Assembly: GCA_964541845.1 (NCBI GenBank)
Contig: CAZIRV010000001.1
Coordinates: 1 to 48,185, forward strand
Direction: 5' to 3'
DNA: 48,185 nucleotides
Source of the DNA: an uncultured Planctomycetales bacterium
Lineage (GTDB): Bacteria; Omnitrophota; Gorgyraeia; Zapsychrales; Zapsychraceae
Part shown: in pieces, positions 17,734-26,614 of the stretch
Numbering within the stretch: the first letter of the stretch is position 1
How the letters are laid out: every line of letters begins with the position of its first letter
Position numbers and translations under genes: made by a program
Notes under the pieces: generated by a model
What the model saw: the letters and a program-made list of their open reading frames with translations, nothing else
Told to the model about the DNA's origin: nothing
Databases searched by the model: none

Positions 17734-20052
17734 TTATTTTTGACGTTTAAAAAATTTTAACGGACTAAACGAAATCATTGACGGAATAATCAACAACGTC
17801 GCAACACTGGAAACAGCCATAATCATAAACATAAAAAATCCAACCGTTTTATAAGGCATAAGAGGCGCGGCCAATAATGGTAAAAATCCAATGGCAATCA
17901 CAAGGGCATTACGCATAATAGCCCTTCCAGGACCTCCGAACATTTCTTTCGTTGTCTCACTCCAATTCCCTGTTTCTTTCTGAATTTCATCAGATCGTTG
18001 AATAAAATGGATAGCAAAATCAATGGACAATCCTAATGTCAATGCGGACAAAACAGCCACAGGCATATCATAATCTTTTCCAAAAAATCCAAGCAAACTA
18101 TAAATAAAAACAATTGTAACGGTTAACGGAACCATGGAGATAATGGCCTTCATGAAAGATCGGAATAGAAATAACATCATGAAAAATACAATCACAAACG
18201 ACCCCAAGAAATTCCGTAACATACCGGAGACCATATTATTCTGCCAAACAACATTGATATAGGTTAGCCCAGCCCAATTATATTGAAATGCAAATGGCTG
18301 AGGATTATTCTTAATATATCGTTTCGTCAACTCTACCACTTTGCTCATATTTTTGTTATCACCCGTTTTAAGTTGTAACCAAATATTCAATTTTGAATAA
18401 TCTGGTGTGGCTAGATGCCACAAATCATCAGGCTTATGAGAATTCTCAAATGAAATAAGACTCTGGGCAACCGCGGCTTTGGTTTTAGGAATAACATCGT
18501 TTTTCTTATCTCCTCCTAATAATTCATAATAAATTTTTTTAACAATATCCGCCAATGAGGTTGTTTTCCCTACATAAGGACTATTTACTAATTTATTTTG
18601 TAATTTTTCAACATACCGAAGCATCTCGGGATGTAAAAATATTTCATCCTTTTTATTTTTAGCGTCTAGGACTAAATAGGCCTCATATGTTCCTGAAAAA
18701 TGTTTGTTAAGTATACGATCAGCAACCCTAATGGGATGCCCTGGCGTAAACCATCGAACAGGGTTATCATTAACTTGAATAAGGCTTATCCCATAAATGG
18801 AAATTACAATAAGAACAATCGTTATCCCCAAAACCATTTTAAATTTATTCATACTGATATCTCGTACCCCTGTAAGCACCTTGTCAATAAAATGCGGTTT
18901 TTCATCTTTTACGACATGACCAAAATTATTAAAAGTCTTTTCATCCAATAACATGATATACGCGGGCACTAAAAGAATAGTTAAAACCCAGGCTATCATC
19001 ACACCAATAGCCACAAAAATACCAAAAACCTGAACAGGTGGAATAGGTGAAAATGATAAAGAGAAAAAACCAACCGCTGATGTCAGAGAGGTAAAAAGCA
19101 TCGGAGTAAATAATTCTTCTAAAACAAAACTAATCGTTTTTTTACGATCCCCGAAATTCTTATATTTATCAAAAAATTCACTCAAAATATGCACAGAGTC
19201 CAAAACCGCGATCGGCATCAAAAATATCGGAATCATGGAACTCATAATATGTACGGGATACCCAAATCCTATGAGCAACCCCATCGTAACAATAACCGTC
19301 AATATAGCCACAATCATAGGGGCAATAACCAGTTTTGCTGATCTAAAAAAGAACAACATTAAAAGAAAAATAATCAGTCCTGCCAAAGGCGCGGAGATTG
19401 CCATTTGTTTAAACATCTCTCCTCCAAATTGATCCTCAGCAACAGGTAGTCCTGTAATATAATATTTTTCCGCCCCAACATACTTTTTCGTCATTTTTCG
19501 AACTTCAGTCGCGACCTCATAACTCATATTTTTTTTCTCAATCGGAATATATATGGCTATTGCTTTTCCATCATCAGAAACGACACTTCCCTTAAATAGA
19601 GGGTTGTCCATCGCTTCATCACGTATTTTAATGGCCTCCTCCTGAGTATCCGGTGGCGCTGCCATCAACCACTGAAAACGCACACTCCCTAATTCAGCTT
19701 GTTCAATATTATCCTTTGTTGACAGGGAAACAATCTCATTCGCGATGACCCCTTTTATCTTCTTTATGTCCTCTGTTAATGAAAATATTTTTTTTAGTGT
19801 TCCCGGATTAAAAACCCCATTAGGGTCTTTTTCATTAATAATGCCAAGGACGACAAAATCATAAAGTGAAAATTCCTTCTTTGTTTCATGATGAAAAACA
19901 CGGACCGGAGCATTTGACGGCAACATATTCTCAGGATCCGTATCCACTTTAATCTTCGGAAACTGCCCTAAGGCCAATACGAACAATAAGATACTGATCC
20001 CCATGATTATTTTGGGATGATTCAATGAATATAAAATAATTTTTTTCAGCAT
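17734..20052 (-). CDS. MMPL/RND-superfamily exporter (HpnN-like, two SSD-type 6-TM bundles)
   Basis: 772 aa with a strong SD (CAGGAGG). Two repeats, each a large periplasmic loop followed by a hydrophobic 5-6 TM block. Confidence 0.85.
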   Translation of the reverse strand: MLKKIILYSLNHPKIIMGISILLFVLALGQFPKIKVDTDPENMLPSNAPVRVFHHETKKEFSLYDFVVLGIINEKDPNGVFNPGTLKKIFSLTEDIKKIKGVIANEIVSLSTKDNIEQAELGSVRFQWLMAAPPDTQEEAIKIRDEAMDNPLFKGSVVSDDGKAIAIYIPIEKKNMSYEVATEVRKMTKKYVGAEKYYITGLPVAEDQFGGEMFKQMAISAPLAGLIIFLLMLFFFRSAKLVIAPMIVAILTVIVTMGLLIGFGYPVHIMSSMIPIFLMPIAVLDSVHILSEFFDKYKNFGDRKKTISFVLEELFTPMLFTSLTSAVGFFSLSFSPIPPVQVFGIFVAIGVMIAWVLTILLVPAYIMLLDEKTFNNFGHVVKDEKPHFIDKVLTGVRDISMNKFKMVLGITIVLIVISIYGISLIQVNDNPVRWFTPGHPIRVADRILNKHFSGTYEAYLVLDAKNKKDEIFLHPEMLRYVEKLQNKLVNSPYVGKTTSLADIVKKIYYELLGGDKKNDVIPKTKAAVAQSLISFENSHKPDDLWHLATPDYSKLNIWLQLKTGDNKNMSKVVELTKRYIKNNPQPFAFQYNWAGLTYINVVWQNNMVSGMLRNFLGSFVIVFFMMLFLFRSFMKAIISMVPLTVTIVFIYSLLGFFGKDYDMPVAVLSALTLGLSIDFAIHFIQRSDEIQKETGNWSETTKEMFGGPGRAIMRNALVIAIGFLPLLAAPLMPYKTVGFFMFMIMAVSSVATLLIIPSMISFSPLKFFKRQK

Positions 20053-20158
20053 GTCTAACCTCCTGATTTCCTTGTTATACTCTAAAAGTTTGTAAAGAAA
20101 TAACCTATTTAATGATTTATACGCCCCCGATTGAGTAGCTTAAGCGTGCCTGCTGTTT

Positions 20159-20261
20159 ATACCAATTCCATTAAATAAGGACTCATTTAAAAAGCTTACT
20201 TACTCGCAAAAACGTCGAGACAAGTAAAATTAAATCAGGAATTAATTAATGGATTTGGTAT
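20159..20261. repeat. Palindromic element copy B
   Basis: Termini ataccaattccattaaataa ... ttaattaatggatttggtat, and inner stem cttacttactcg / cgagacaagtaa. Lies between the arsR stop (20274) and the MMPL start (20052). Confidence 0.9.
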
Positions 20262-20273
20262 TATTTGCAAACC

Positions 20274-20579
20274 CTAAATAGTGCGCTCTTTCGCGCAACG
20301 TTCTACACAATCAAGGAGTTTTAAAATATTCTTATTGCGTATAGAGTAATAACAGACATTCGCCTGTTTATCACATTCCAAAATCCCTACATTCTTAAGA
20401 ACTCCTAAATGTTGTGAAGTCATAGATTGCGTAATCTTCAAACTATTTTTTATTTCATTTACTGAGAGACTTTTGTTCTTTACTAAAAGATTTATAATCT
20501 CAATTCTTACTGGGTGGGCCACCGATTTAAGCATCCTGGCCGCAACCGCGAACGTATTTGTTTCTTGCTCATTTTTCAT
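20274..20579 (-). CDS. ArsR/SmtB-family winged-helix transcriptional regulator
   Basis: HTH region AHPVRIEIINLLVKNKSLSVNEIKNSLKITQSMTSQHLGVLKNVGIL. The ATG at 20579 has an AGGAAA SD. The track ATG at 20597 overlaps the operator palindrome. Confidence 0.85.
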   Translation of the reverse strand: MKNEQETNTFAVAARMLKSVAHPVRIEIINLLVKNKSLSVNEIKNSLKITQSMTSQHLGVLKNVGILECDKQANVCYYSIRNKNILKLLDCVERCAKERTI

Positions 20580-20595
20580 ATTCAATTTTCCTAAC

Positions 20596-20619
20596 ATTAG
20601 AATATTAGCATATTCTAAT
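20596..20619. promoter_or_regulatory. Perfect 10-4-10 inverted repeat, candidate ArsR autoregulatory operator
   Basis: attagaatat-tagc-atattctaat at 20596-20619, directly upstream of or overlapping the arsR start region. Confidence 0.55.
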
Positions 20620-20766
20620 ATATTGTCAACAATTAAAATTTAATCTGTTAAAATTCAAGCTTCGCTTGTCCAGCGAATTAAACGCCGGAGTTGCTCTCAT
20701 CCCCGCCTTCACAGACAGGGAATTCCCGCTGTCATAAAAATCCAACGAACGCCCTCATTATAGAAA

Positions 20767-20795
20767 AAATCCACCCCTTTATTAGAAGTGGATTT
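20767..20795 (-). terminator. Weak intrinsic-terminator-like hairpin downstream of ppnP and element C
   Basis: The minus strand has aaatccac, a 13-nt loop, then gtggattt, followed by tttcta. The stem is only 8 bp and AT-rich. Confidence 0.3.
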
Positions 20796-20815
20796 AATTT
20801 TTTAAAACCATATTT

Positions 20816-20920
20816 ATACCAAATCCATTAAATAATTGCTCTATTTTAAAGTTGCTGTGTCTCGTTGAATCGTCGAGACAAACAAAATGAATTTTGGTCA
20901 TTATTTAACGAAATTGGTAT
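20816..20920. repeat. Palindromic element copy C
   Basis: Termini ataccaaatccattaaataat ... attatttaacgaaattggtat, and inner stem tgtctcg / cgagaca. Lies between the ppnP stop (20947) and arsR. Confidence 0.9.
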
Positions 20921-20946
20921 TATCCCCAGGTTTTAAAATTCAATTT

Positions 20947-21228
20947 TTATTCATATTCACAAAGATACGCTGTATCTTGTGAAACTTTCACCTTATATTT
21001 TGATTGCGCGGGAATATCAAAAGACGCACCCGTACCAAAATCTTCCCATTCGTCATATTCAGGAAAATATACTGATAGCTCACCGGAAACAACCGTCATA
21101 ATTTCTTTTGTCTCGGTATTAAATTCATACTCACCTGGCTCCATAACACCTACGGTTTTTTTATTTTCACTGGAATTAATAACAAAGGACTTTACCCTTC
21201 CTTCAAAATACTCATTAACTTCAATCAC
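20947..21228 (-). CDS. ppnP: Pyrimidine/purine nucleoside phosphorylase PpnP (DUF1255 cupin)
   Basis: 93 aa. NEYFEGRVKS...GVMEPGEYEF.T...EIMTVVSGEL...YLCEY is collinear with the enterobacterial PpnP/YaiE sequence. Confidence 0.85.
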   Translation of the reverse strand: MIEVNEYFEGRVKSFVINSSENKKTVGVMEPGEYEFNTETKEIMTVVSGELSVYFPEYDEWEDFGTGASFDIPAQSKYKVKVSQDTAYLCEYE

Positions 21229-21230
21229 TT

Positions 21231-21917
21231 TTACCCCTTTCTCTTAGTCAATTTATTTATTTTTTTCTGATACTTTAATCGAAAAAATTCAAATTCCGGG
21301 GTTATTCTGTACACCCCTCTAGAAACACGTTCAAACCAATACTGATAATTTTTATTTAAAATGTCCACTGTTTTTTCTATATTAAGTTTTGTTCTGATCT
21401 CTCGCGTCGATGATGCCCCATATTCCCACAAATACATCGCGACACTAATCGCCTTTTCTTTATACGATGTGAACAATAACTCCTTCGTGCTTCCCCCTTG
21501 ATTTAAATCAATGCTCCGCCCTTCAAATTCTTTTAAGGCCAATTTTTTCTTTACGTAGTTTTTACGCGCCCTAAAAAATCCAGGCTCAAATTCCATAACA
21601 ACATGTTTTTTTGTATGTTGATCTAAAGTTAAAAGGCCACAATGCAAACGCTTCAAAAGGGCGCACATTCTTTTGTAAGACTTTGGCCAACGCCCTCCCT
21701 TTTCCAGGGGAACATAGGCATACACTTGATCCGTAATTTTAAGCCGTTCTATAAGTTGATAAACCAGCTGAAGATTAAAACTCGTTTTCATCTCAACAAT
21801 TAATACTTCATCCCCCTTTTGAGCCATAACATCAATGCTCTCCACCTCAGAATGCACAGTATACCTCTGTGTTTCTAAAAATTTCTTCAGAGGTTTGTAC
21901 ATGTCTACTTCTTTCAT
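21231..21917 (-). CDS. PD-(D/E)xK nuclease-fold protein with C-terminal winged-helix-like region (DUF2161/COG5482-like)
   Basis: The N-terminus MKEVDMYKPLKKFLETQRYTVHSEVESIDVMAQKGDEVLIVEMK contains a D...E-x-K arrangement. Start moved to the ATG at 21917 (GGTGGGGA SD, 19 nt after the SDR stop). Confidence 0.5.
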   Translation of the reverse strand: MKEVDMYKPLKKFLETQRYTVHSEVESIDVMAQKGDEVLIVEMKTSFNLQLVYQLIERLKITDQVYAYVPLEKGGRWPKSYKRMCALLKRLHCGLLTLDQHTKKHVVMEFEPGFFRARKNYVKKKLALKEFEGRSIDLNQGGSTKELLFTSYKEKAISVAMYLWEYGASSTREIRTKLNIEKTVDILNKNYQYWFERVSRGVYRITPEFEFFRLKYQKKINKLTKRKG

Positions 21918-21936
21918 AAATGTCCCCACCAAATAT

Positions 21937-22602
21937 TTACCATAGCAATTGTTCTCCATTAGAATGCCAAAATGTGCCGCTATTTTCTAACGTTAGTTCT
22001 TCTATACGCGCCAGAATTCCTTTTGCGGATTCTTCAGGCTCAATATACCCTGTATGATTAGTCATATCTGTTTTGACATAACCGGGATGCACAATACCGA
22101 CAGCGATGCCTTTTTCTTTGACATCATTGGCCAACGAAACAGATGCAATATTTAAGGCGGCTTTTGACATGCGATAACCATAACAAGAACCGCTTGTATT
22201 ATCAGCAATCGACCCCATCCGACTGGTCATCATAATAATTTTACTCCCCTTTGATAACATCGGGATAACCACCTTCACAACACGTAATGGGCCAACCGCA
22301 TTAACCTGAAACTGGCGTTCAATACTCTCAAAGTCTAAATTCTCTAAATCCACCGAATCTAAAATACCCGCATTATTAATCACTACGTCAAAACTCCGCT
22401 GATCTCCCAAAGCATTTTTTAATATTCCCATACCTGCATCCTGACTGACATCAACCCCTTCAATAATTTCAACATCCAAAGATTTCAACGCATCCGATGC
22501 TGTGCGACATACCGCCGTCACACCGAACCCTTCCTGTTTTAATTGTCGTACCAATTCCAATCCAATCCCACGATTTGCCCCAGTAACAAGTGCTGTTTTC
22601 AT
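21937..22602 (-). CDS. Short-chain dehydrogenase/reductase (classical SDR)
   Basis: MKTALVTGANRGIGLELVRQL cofactor motif and YxxxK (YRMSKAALN). Confidence 0.88.
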   Translation of the reverse strand: MKTALVTGANRGIGLELVRQLKQEGFGVTAVCRTASDALKSLDVEIIEGVDVSQDAGMGILKNALGDQRSFDVVINNAGILDSVDLENLDFESIERQFQVNAVGPLRVVKVVIPMLSKGSKIIMMTSRMGSIADNTSGSCYGYRMSKAALNIASVSLANDVKEKGIAVGIVHPGYVKTDMTNHTGYIEPEESAKGILARIEELTLENSGTFWHSNGEQLLW

Positions 22603-22729
22603 TTATAAATCCTTTTTTTATAATTTTCTAATTTTTTTGATCCGATTTCTTAATTATAGACAAGAACGATACTAATTATAAAACCCTTACCCTTTAAATT
22701 TTTCCCTAGAGATTATGCGGCAATAATTT

Positions 22730-24166
22730 TTACACAACTCCTTGATACCCAAAAAGGATTTTAGTCAGTTTTTTCGTCCATGCAGGGATCGTTGATACTA
22801 AATAATTAACACTGGCATTTTTATTGATTTCCGATAGCGTTGGATAGGGATGGATGGCTTCAGTGAGTAACGATAATTTACCGTTACCATTTAAAACCGG
22901 AATCCATTCCGCAATTAGATCGCCTGCATGAAAACCAACAATTTGAACACCGATTACTTTTCCTTTTTTATCCATCAAGATCTTAATAAAACCGTTAGTC
23001 TCCCCTTCAGCTAAAGCCCTGTCATTATGCGCTAATTTTTCAACATGCTTGATGATGTCAATGCCCGCTTCTTTAGCACGCTGTTCGTTATAACCAATGG
23101 ACGCCACTTCCGGGTCAATATAGGTGCACCACGGAGTTTTGGTATAATCCGTTTTTTTAGGGATCTTAAGAATGGCATTATAAATAGCCACAACGGCTTC
23201 ATAACTGGCCACATGGGTAAACTGATATCCGCCAGCGACATCACCGACAGCATAAATATGTTTCTTTGTCGTTTGCATTTTATTATTCACTTTAATAGTA
23301 CGGTCAAATTTCACCCCTGCTTTTTCTAAATCCAACCCTTCAATATTTGCCTTGCGGCCAGTAGACACTAATAAACTTTTGGTTTCAATAACTTTTGTCT
23401 CCCCTTCTTGCTCGGCTGTTATTTTTATGATTCCGGCATTTTTCTCAATTTTATTTACCCTCGCATTCACAACAATCTCCAGACCTTCTTTTTCAAGAAG
23501 CTCATGAACATAGCACGAAATATCTTTATCTTCTCTGGGCAGAATACAATCTGTTGTTTCAACAACCGTCACTTTTGATCCCAATCGATAAAACGATTGT
23601 GCCATTTCCATTCCAATGGGCCCGGCACCAATAACGACTAATGACTCTGGTAATTTTTCTAATGAAAATATTTCGACATTCGTTATGTAATCAACCTCTT
23701 TTATTCCTTCAATCGGAGGGATAAAGGCAGAAGAGCCCGTGGCAATAACAAAATACCGTGCAGTAATATTTTTTCCATTTAACTCTATGGTATGATCATC
23801 AATAAACTTTGGAGATCCAAACTGAGTTTCTACATTGTATTTATCCTGAATATATTCCGGTTCATCATGAGGCTGAATAACGCCGATAATATCCTTAATC
23901 CGCTTACCCACCTTACTATAATCAACAGCCTCCATCGCAACTTTTGGCAGACCATATTTTTCAGAATGGCGAATAGCATTGGCGATATACGCGCTCTTGA
24001 TTAATGATTTCGAAGGAACGCATCCATAGTGCAGGCAATCTCCGCCTAACTTTTTTTCTTTCTCAATCAAAAGTGTTTTTGCCGCCGATTGTCCGGCAAA
24101 AGTAGAAGCGGTTAACCCTCCTGCCCCACCGCCTATTGCAATTAAATCATAATCATATTTAGCCAT
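22730..24166 (-). CDS. FAD-dependent pyridine nucleotide-disulfide oxidoreductase (class I, dihydrolipoamide dehydrogenase / MerA-like core)
   Basis: GGGAGG FAD motif, redox-active GGDCLHYGCVPSK, and C-terminal dimerisation HPYPTLSE. There is no NmerA domain and no C-terminal Cys-Cys pair. Confidence 0.88.
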   Translation of the reverse strand: MAKYDYDLIAIGGGAGGLTASTFAGQSAAKTLLIEKEKKLGGDCLHYGCVPSKSLIKSAYIANAIRHSEKYGLPKVAMEAVDYSKVGKRIKDIIGVIQPHDEPEYIQDKYNVETQFGSPKFIDDHTIELNGKNITARYFVIATGSSAFIPPIEGIKEVDYITNVEIFSLEKLPESLVVIGAGPIGMEMAQSFYRLGSKVTVVETTDCILPREDKDISCYVHELLEKEGLEIVVNARVNKIEKNAGIIKITAEQEGETKVIETKSLLVSTGRKANIEGLDLEKAGVKFDRTIKVNNKMQTTKKHIYAVGDVAGGYQFTHVASYEAVVAIYNAILKIPKKTDYTKTPWCTYIDPEVASIGYNEQRAKEAGIDIIKHVEKLAHNDRALAEGETNGFIKILMDKKGKVIGVQIVGFHAGDLIAEWIPVLNGNGKLSLLTEAIHPYPTLSEINKNASVNYLVSTIPAWTKKLTKILFGYQGVV

Positions 24167-24857
24167 TTTTCTTCTCCATTTTTATATCCTGTTGCTGCTT
24201 TTTAATTATCTTTCCTGTAATAATCCCCATTCCAATAAATAAAACAACCACCACATACAACACAGGATCTTTCCAGCTAAAATTTGCTAATCGATCAGCC
24301 AATAATACTTGAATAATAATGGCCGGAGACATCCCTAACATCGTCGCTGTAATATAATCCTTATAAGAAATCTTAGACAGGCCGCTGGCATAATTTACAA
24401 ATTCATAGGGAGGAAACCCTATTAATCTCATGGGTAAAAAAACAACGAATCCTCTTTTACTGAGTTTTTCATTAAAGTCTGCGGCTTTGCCTTTGACAAA
24501 TTTATCAACCAATCTGCCTCCAAAAAATCGCGCCACAACAAAGGTCACGCTCGTTCCACAAAAAGATCCTAAAGCAAGCGCAATCGTCCCCCCAATCGGA
24601 CCAAACATTGCCCCGGCAGAAAGCGACATAAAGGCTATCGGGGGGATAAGAATTAAAGTATTAACGCTATACAAAATAACATAAACACCAATAGCCCAAG
24701 GACCAAATCCTTCAATATAATGACGAATGGCCTCGGGATTCAATGACTTTCCAATGCATGACGGACAAATTTTTATATGATTTTGAATGCCATAAAATAA
24801 CGCGCCTATGGCAAGAGCCAGAAGAATAAAAGAAATAATTATTTTTGATAGTTTCAT
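24159..24857 (-). CDS. TVP38/TMEM64 (DedA-related) membrane protein
   Basis: Multi-TM protein with a family-typical layout. ATG at 24857 with an AAGGTGA SD. The 3' end overlaps the oxidoreductase start by 8 nt. Confidence 0.72.
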   Translation of the reverse strand: MKLSKIIISFILLALAIGALFYGIQNHIKICPSCIGKSLNPEAIRHYIEGFGPWAIGVYVILYSVNTLILIPPIAFMSLSAGAMFGPIGGTIALALGSFCGTSVTFVVARFFGGRLVDKFVKGKAADFNEKLSKRGFVVFLPMRLIGFPPYEFVNYASGLSKISYKDYITATMLGMSPAIIIQVLLADRLANFSWKDPVLYVVVVLFIGMGIITGKIIKKQQQDIKMEKKNG

Positions 24858-24902
24858 CAATATCACCTTTTTGATTAATTATTATAACCACTTATGATAA
24901 TT

Positions 24903-25004
24903 CCCTCTCCCTCCGGGAGAGGGTTAGGGTGAGGGAAAAATTGATAAATACAGCAACACCCCTACCTATTTGCCTTTGGCAAAGTCCTCTCCCGAAGGGA
25001 GAGG
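24903..25004. repeat. REP-like GC-rich hairpins (PLPxGEG-type)
   Basis: ccctctcc-ctccg-ggagaggg at 24903-24923 is followed by ttagggtgaggg. cctctccc-gaa-gggagagg lies at 24986-25004. Confidence 0.75.
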
Positions 25005-25029
25005 AAAACTAATCGGTTACTAATTGTTT

Positions 25030-25839
25030 TTATTGTTTATTTAATGCCCAATCATATTTCATTTCTTTTAATTGAATCCGCTCTTTATTCAACAAGATAT
25101 ATTTTTTGTCCGCCTCATTAAGGTATTTTAAAATAAATTCCAGCTTGCTGGAGGACACGGAAAAAAAATCTTCTTCAAACCAATTGAATATCGCCGAATG
25201 ATACAAGACATTATTTGAACGGTCTAACCTTACTTTTTCAGTATCATTAATAAATCGTACCGTTTCCCTATCCAACTGTTCCTCTAATTGCTCCGGATTA
25301 AAATGAGTATCTGGAATCCTTGGGCAGCCAATGGACGCACAATTAATTACGAAATGAATACGCGGGTCTATGGGGTTCCATTTGCGTAAAATTTCATGTT
25401 CAATCTGACTTAATGTTAACGTCCGCCCAGAAACCTTCCACTTAACATCCCAGGGCCGTCCCCAATTAATCGTTCGAATACCCCCCAAACGCAAAGGATA
25501 ATGATCAATGATTAAACGCATCGTCAGTGCATTGTAAGCATTAATCCAAAATGCTTTTTTCCCCGTATCAGAAAACGTGTTTATATCCCTGTTTTCAATC
25601 TCATTTTTAATAAAATTGTCTAACGGGCTACGATTTGACTTAAGCCCCTCATAATTAACATATCCATGATCATCCACATAAGTATTTAACACTTTTTCCC
25701 AAAGCGCGTAATTGACTTGGGCAGCATACCCGTGGGTCGTAACCAAGCTTACAGAACCAATGGTTAAAATTAAACACGTAAATCTGACTACTAACGGGCT
25801 AAAGCTATTTTGAACAATACTTTTAAAAATCATTTTCAT
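25030..25839 (-). CDS. DUF547 domain protein (exported)
   Basis: Signal/TM N-terminus and the DUF547 core FWINAYNALTMRLIIDHYP...HFVINCASIGCP. Confidence 0.75.
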   Translation of the reverse strand: MKMIFKSIVQNSFSPLVVRFTCLILTIGSVSLVTTHGYAAQVNYALWEKVLNTYVDDHGYVNYEGLKSNRSPLDNFIKNEIENRDINTFSDTGKKAFWINAYNALTMRLIIDHYPLRLGGIRTINWGRPWDVKWKVSGRTLTLSQIEHEILRKWNPIDPRIHFVINCASIGCPRIPDTHFNPEQLEEQLDRETVRFINDTEKVRLDRSNNVLYHSAIFNWFEEDFFSVSSSKLEFILKYLNEADKKYILLNKERIQLKEMKYDWALNKQ

Positions 25840-25845
25840 CCCCCC

Positions 25846-26541
25846 TTAGCTACTTTGATATAATTTTCGAAGTTTTACAGGATTTTCATGAAAAATTTTA
25901 TAACCGATCACAATGCGTAAATTCCTTAGAATCTGCCTGACAGAACCTATTTTAAGATATTTTCTTGACGAGACAATGACTGGTTCATTAATAACCGCTA
26001 CCTTGCCCAACTTATTGACTGTATCAGAGAAAATAACATCTTCTAGAAATGGAACCTCCTGAAACCCTTTAACCTGTTCAAAAATACTGTGTTTCACAAA
26101 GATCGCGTTAGTCCCAACCAGGCATCGCATTTTTCTCAAATAAAAATAATTCAAAAATTTAACATACAGGTTGAGCAAGATGTTTGAATGATCATAACGT
26201 TTACAAAATCCACCCGCGATATAACCGACATTCAATTTTTCTCGAATTAAATCCCCCGCATTAAAGGGAAGGCCTGTGTCCACATGAACAAAAATAAAGA
26301 TATCGGACTTCGATTCTAATGCCCCTAAATTCATTTGAAAGGATCTCTGTGCAAAAACTGTTTGAAGACAACGCACCAACGGAAAATTATTTTTAATAAT
26401 TTCATAAGTCCCATCTGTTGAGCCCCCATCAACCACAATGATTTCATTAATAGCGATAGACTCTAAATGGCTCAAAAAATCATAAATACGTTCCTTTTCA
26501 TTAAATACGGGAATAATTGCGGCTATTTTTTGTTTATCCAT
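25846..26541 (-). CDS. Small stand-alone glycosyltransferase family 2
   Basis: 231 aa. AAIIPVFNEKERIYDFLSHL...VVDGGSTDGT GT-A signature. Confidence 0.8.
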   Translation of the reverse strand: MDKQKIAAIIPVFNEKERIYDFLSHLESIAINEIIVVDGGSTDGTYEIIKNNFPLVRCLQTVFAQRSFQMNLGALESKSDIFIFVHVDTGLPFNAGDLIREKLNVGYIAGGFCKRYDHSNILLNLYVKFLNYFYLRKMRCLVGTNAIFVKHSIFEQVKGFQEVPFLEDVIFSDTVNKLGKVAVINEPVIVSSRKYLKIGSVRQILRNLRIVIGYKIFHENPVKLRKLYQSS

Positions 26542-26589
26542 GACAATATATAATTTTTAGTCGCAAAAAAGCATAACACCTTACATTCT

Positions 26590-26614
26590 AAAAACAGGGA
26601 CGGACCCTGTTTTT
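26590..26614. terminator. Bidirectional intrinsic-terminator-like hairpin
   Basis: aaaaacaggg-acgga-ccctgttttt: a 10-bp stem flanked by an A-run and a T-run, downstream of the GGDEF pair. Confidence 0.55.

Noticed and set aside
22730-24166. Mercuric reductase / mer operon, prompted by an ArsR-type regulator 2 kb away.
   Set aside because: There is no NmerA metal-binding domain, no C-terminal Cys-Cys pair, and no merT/merP/merR. The arsR belongs to a different transcription unit, separated from this gene by the ppnP-SDR operon.
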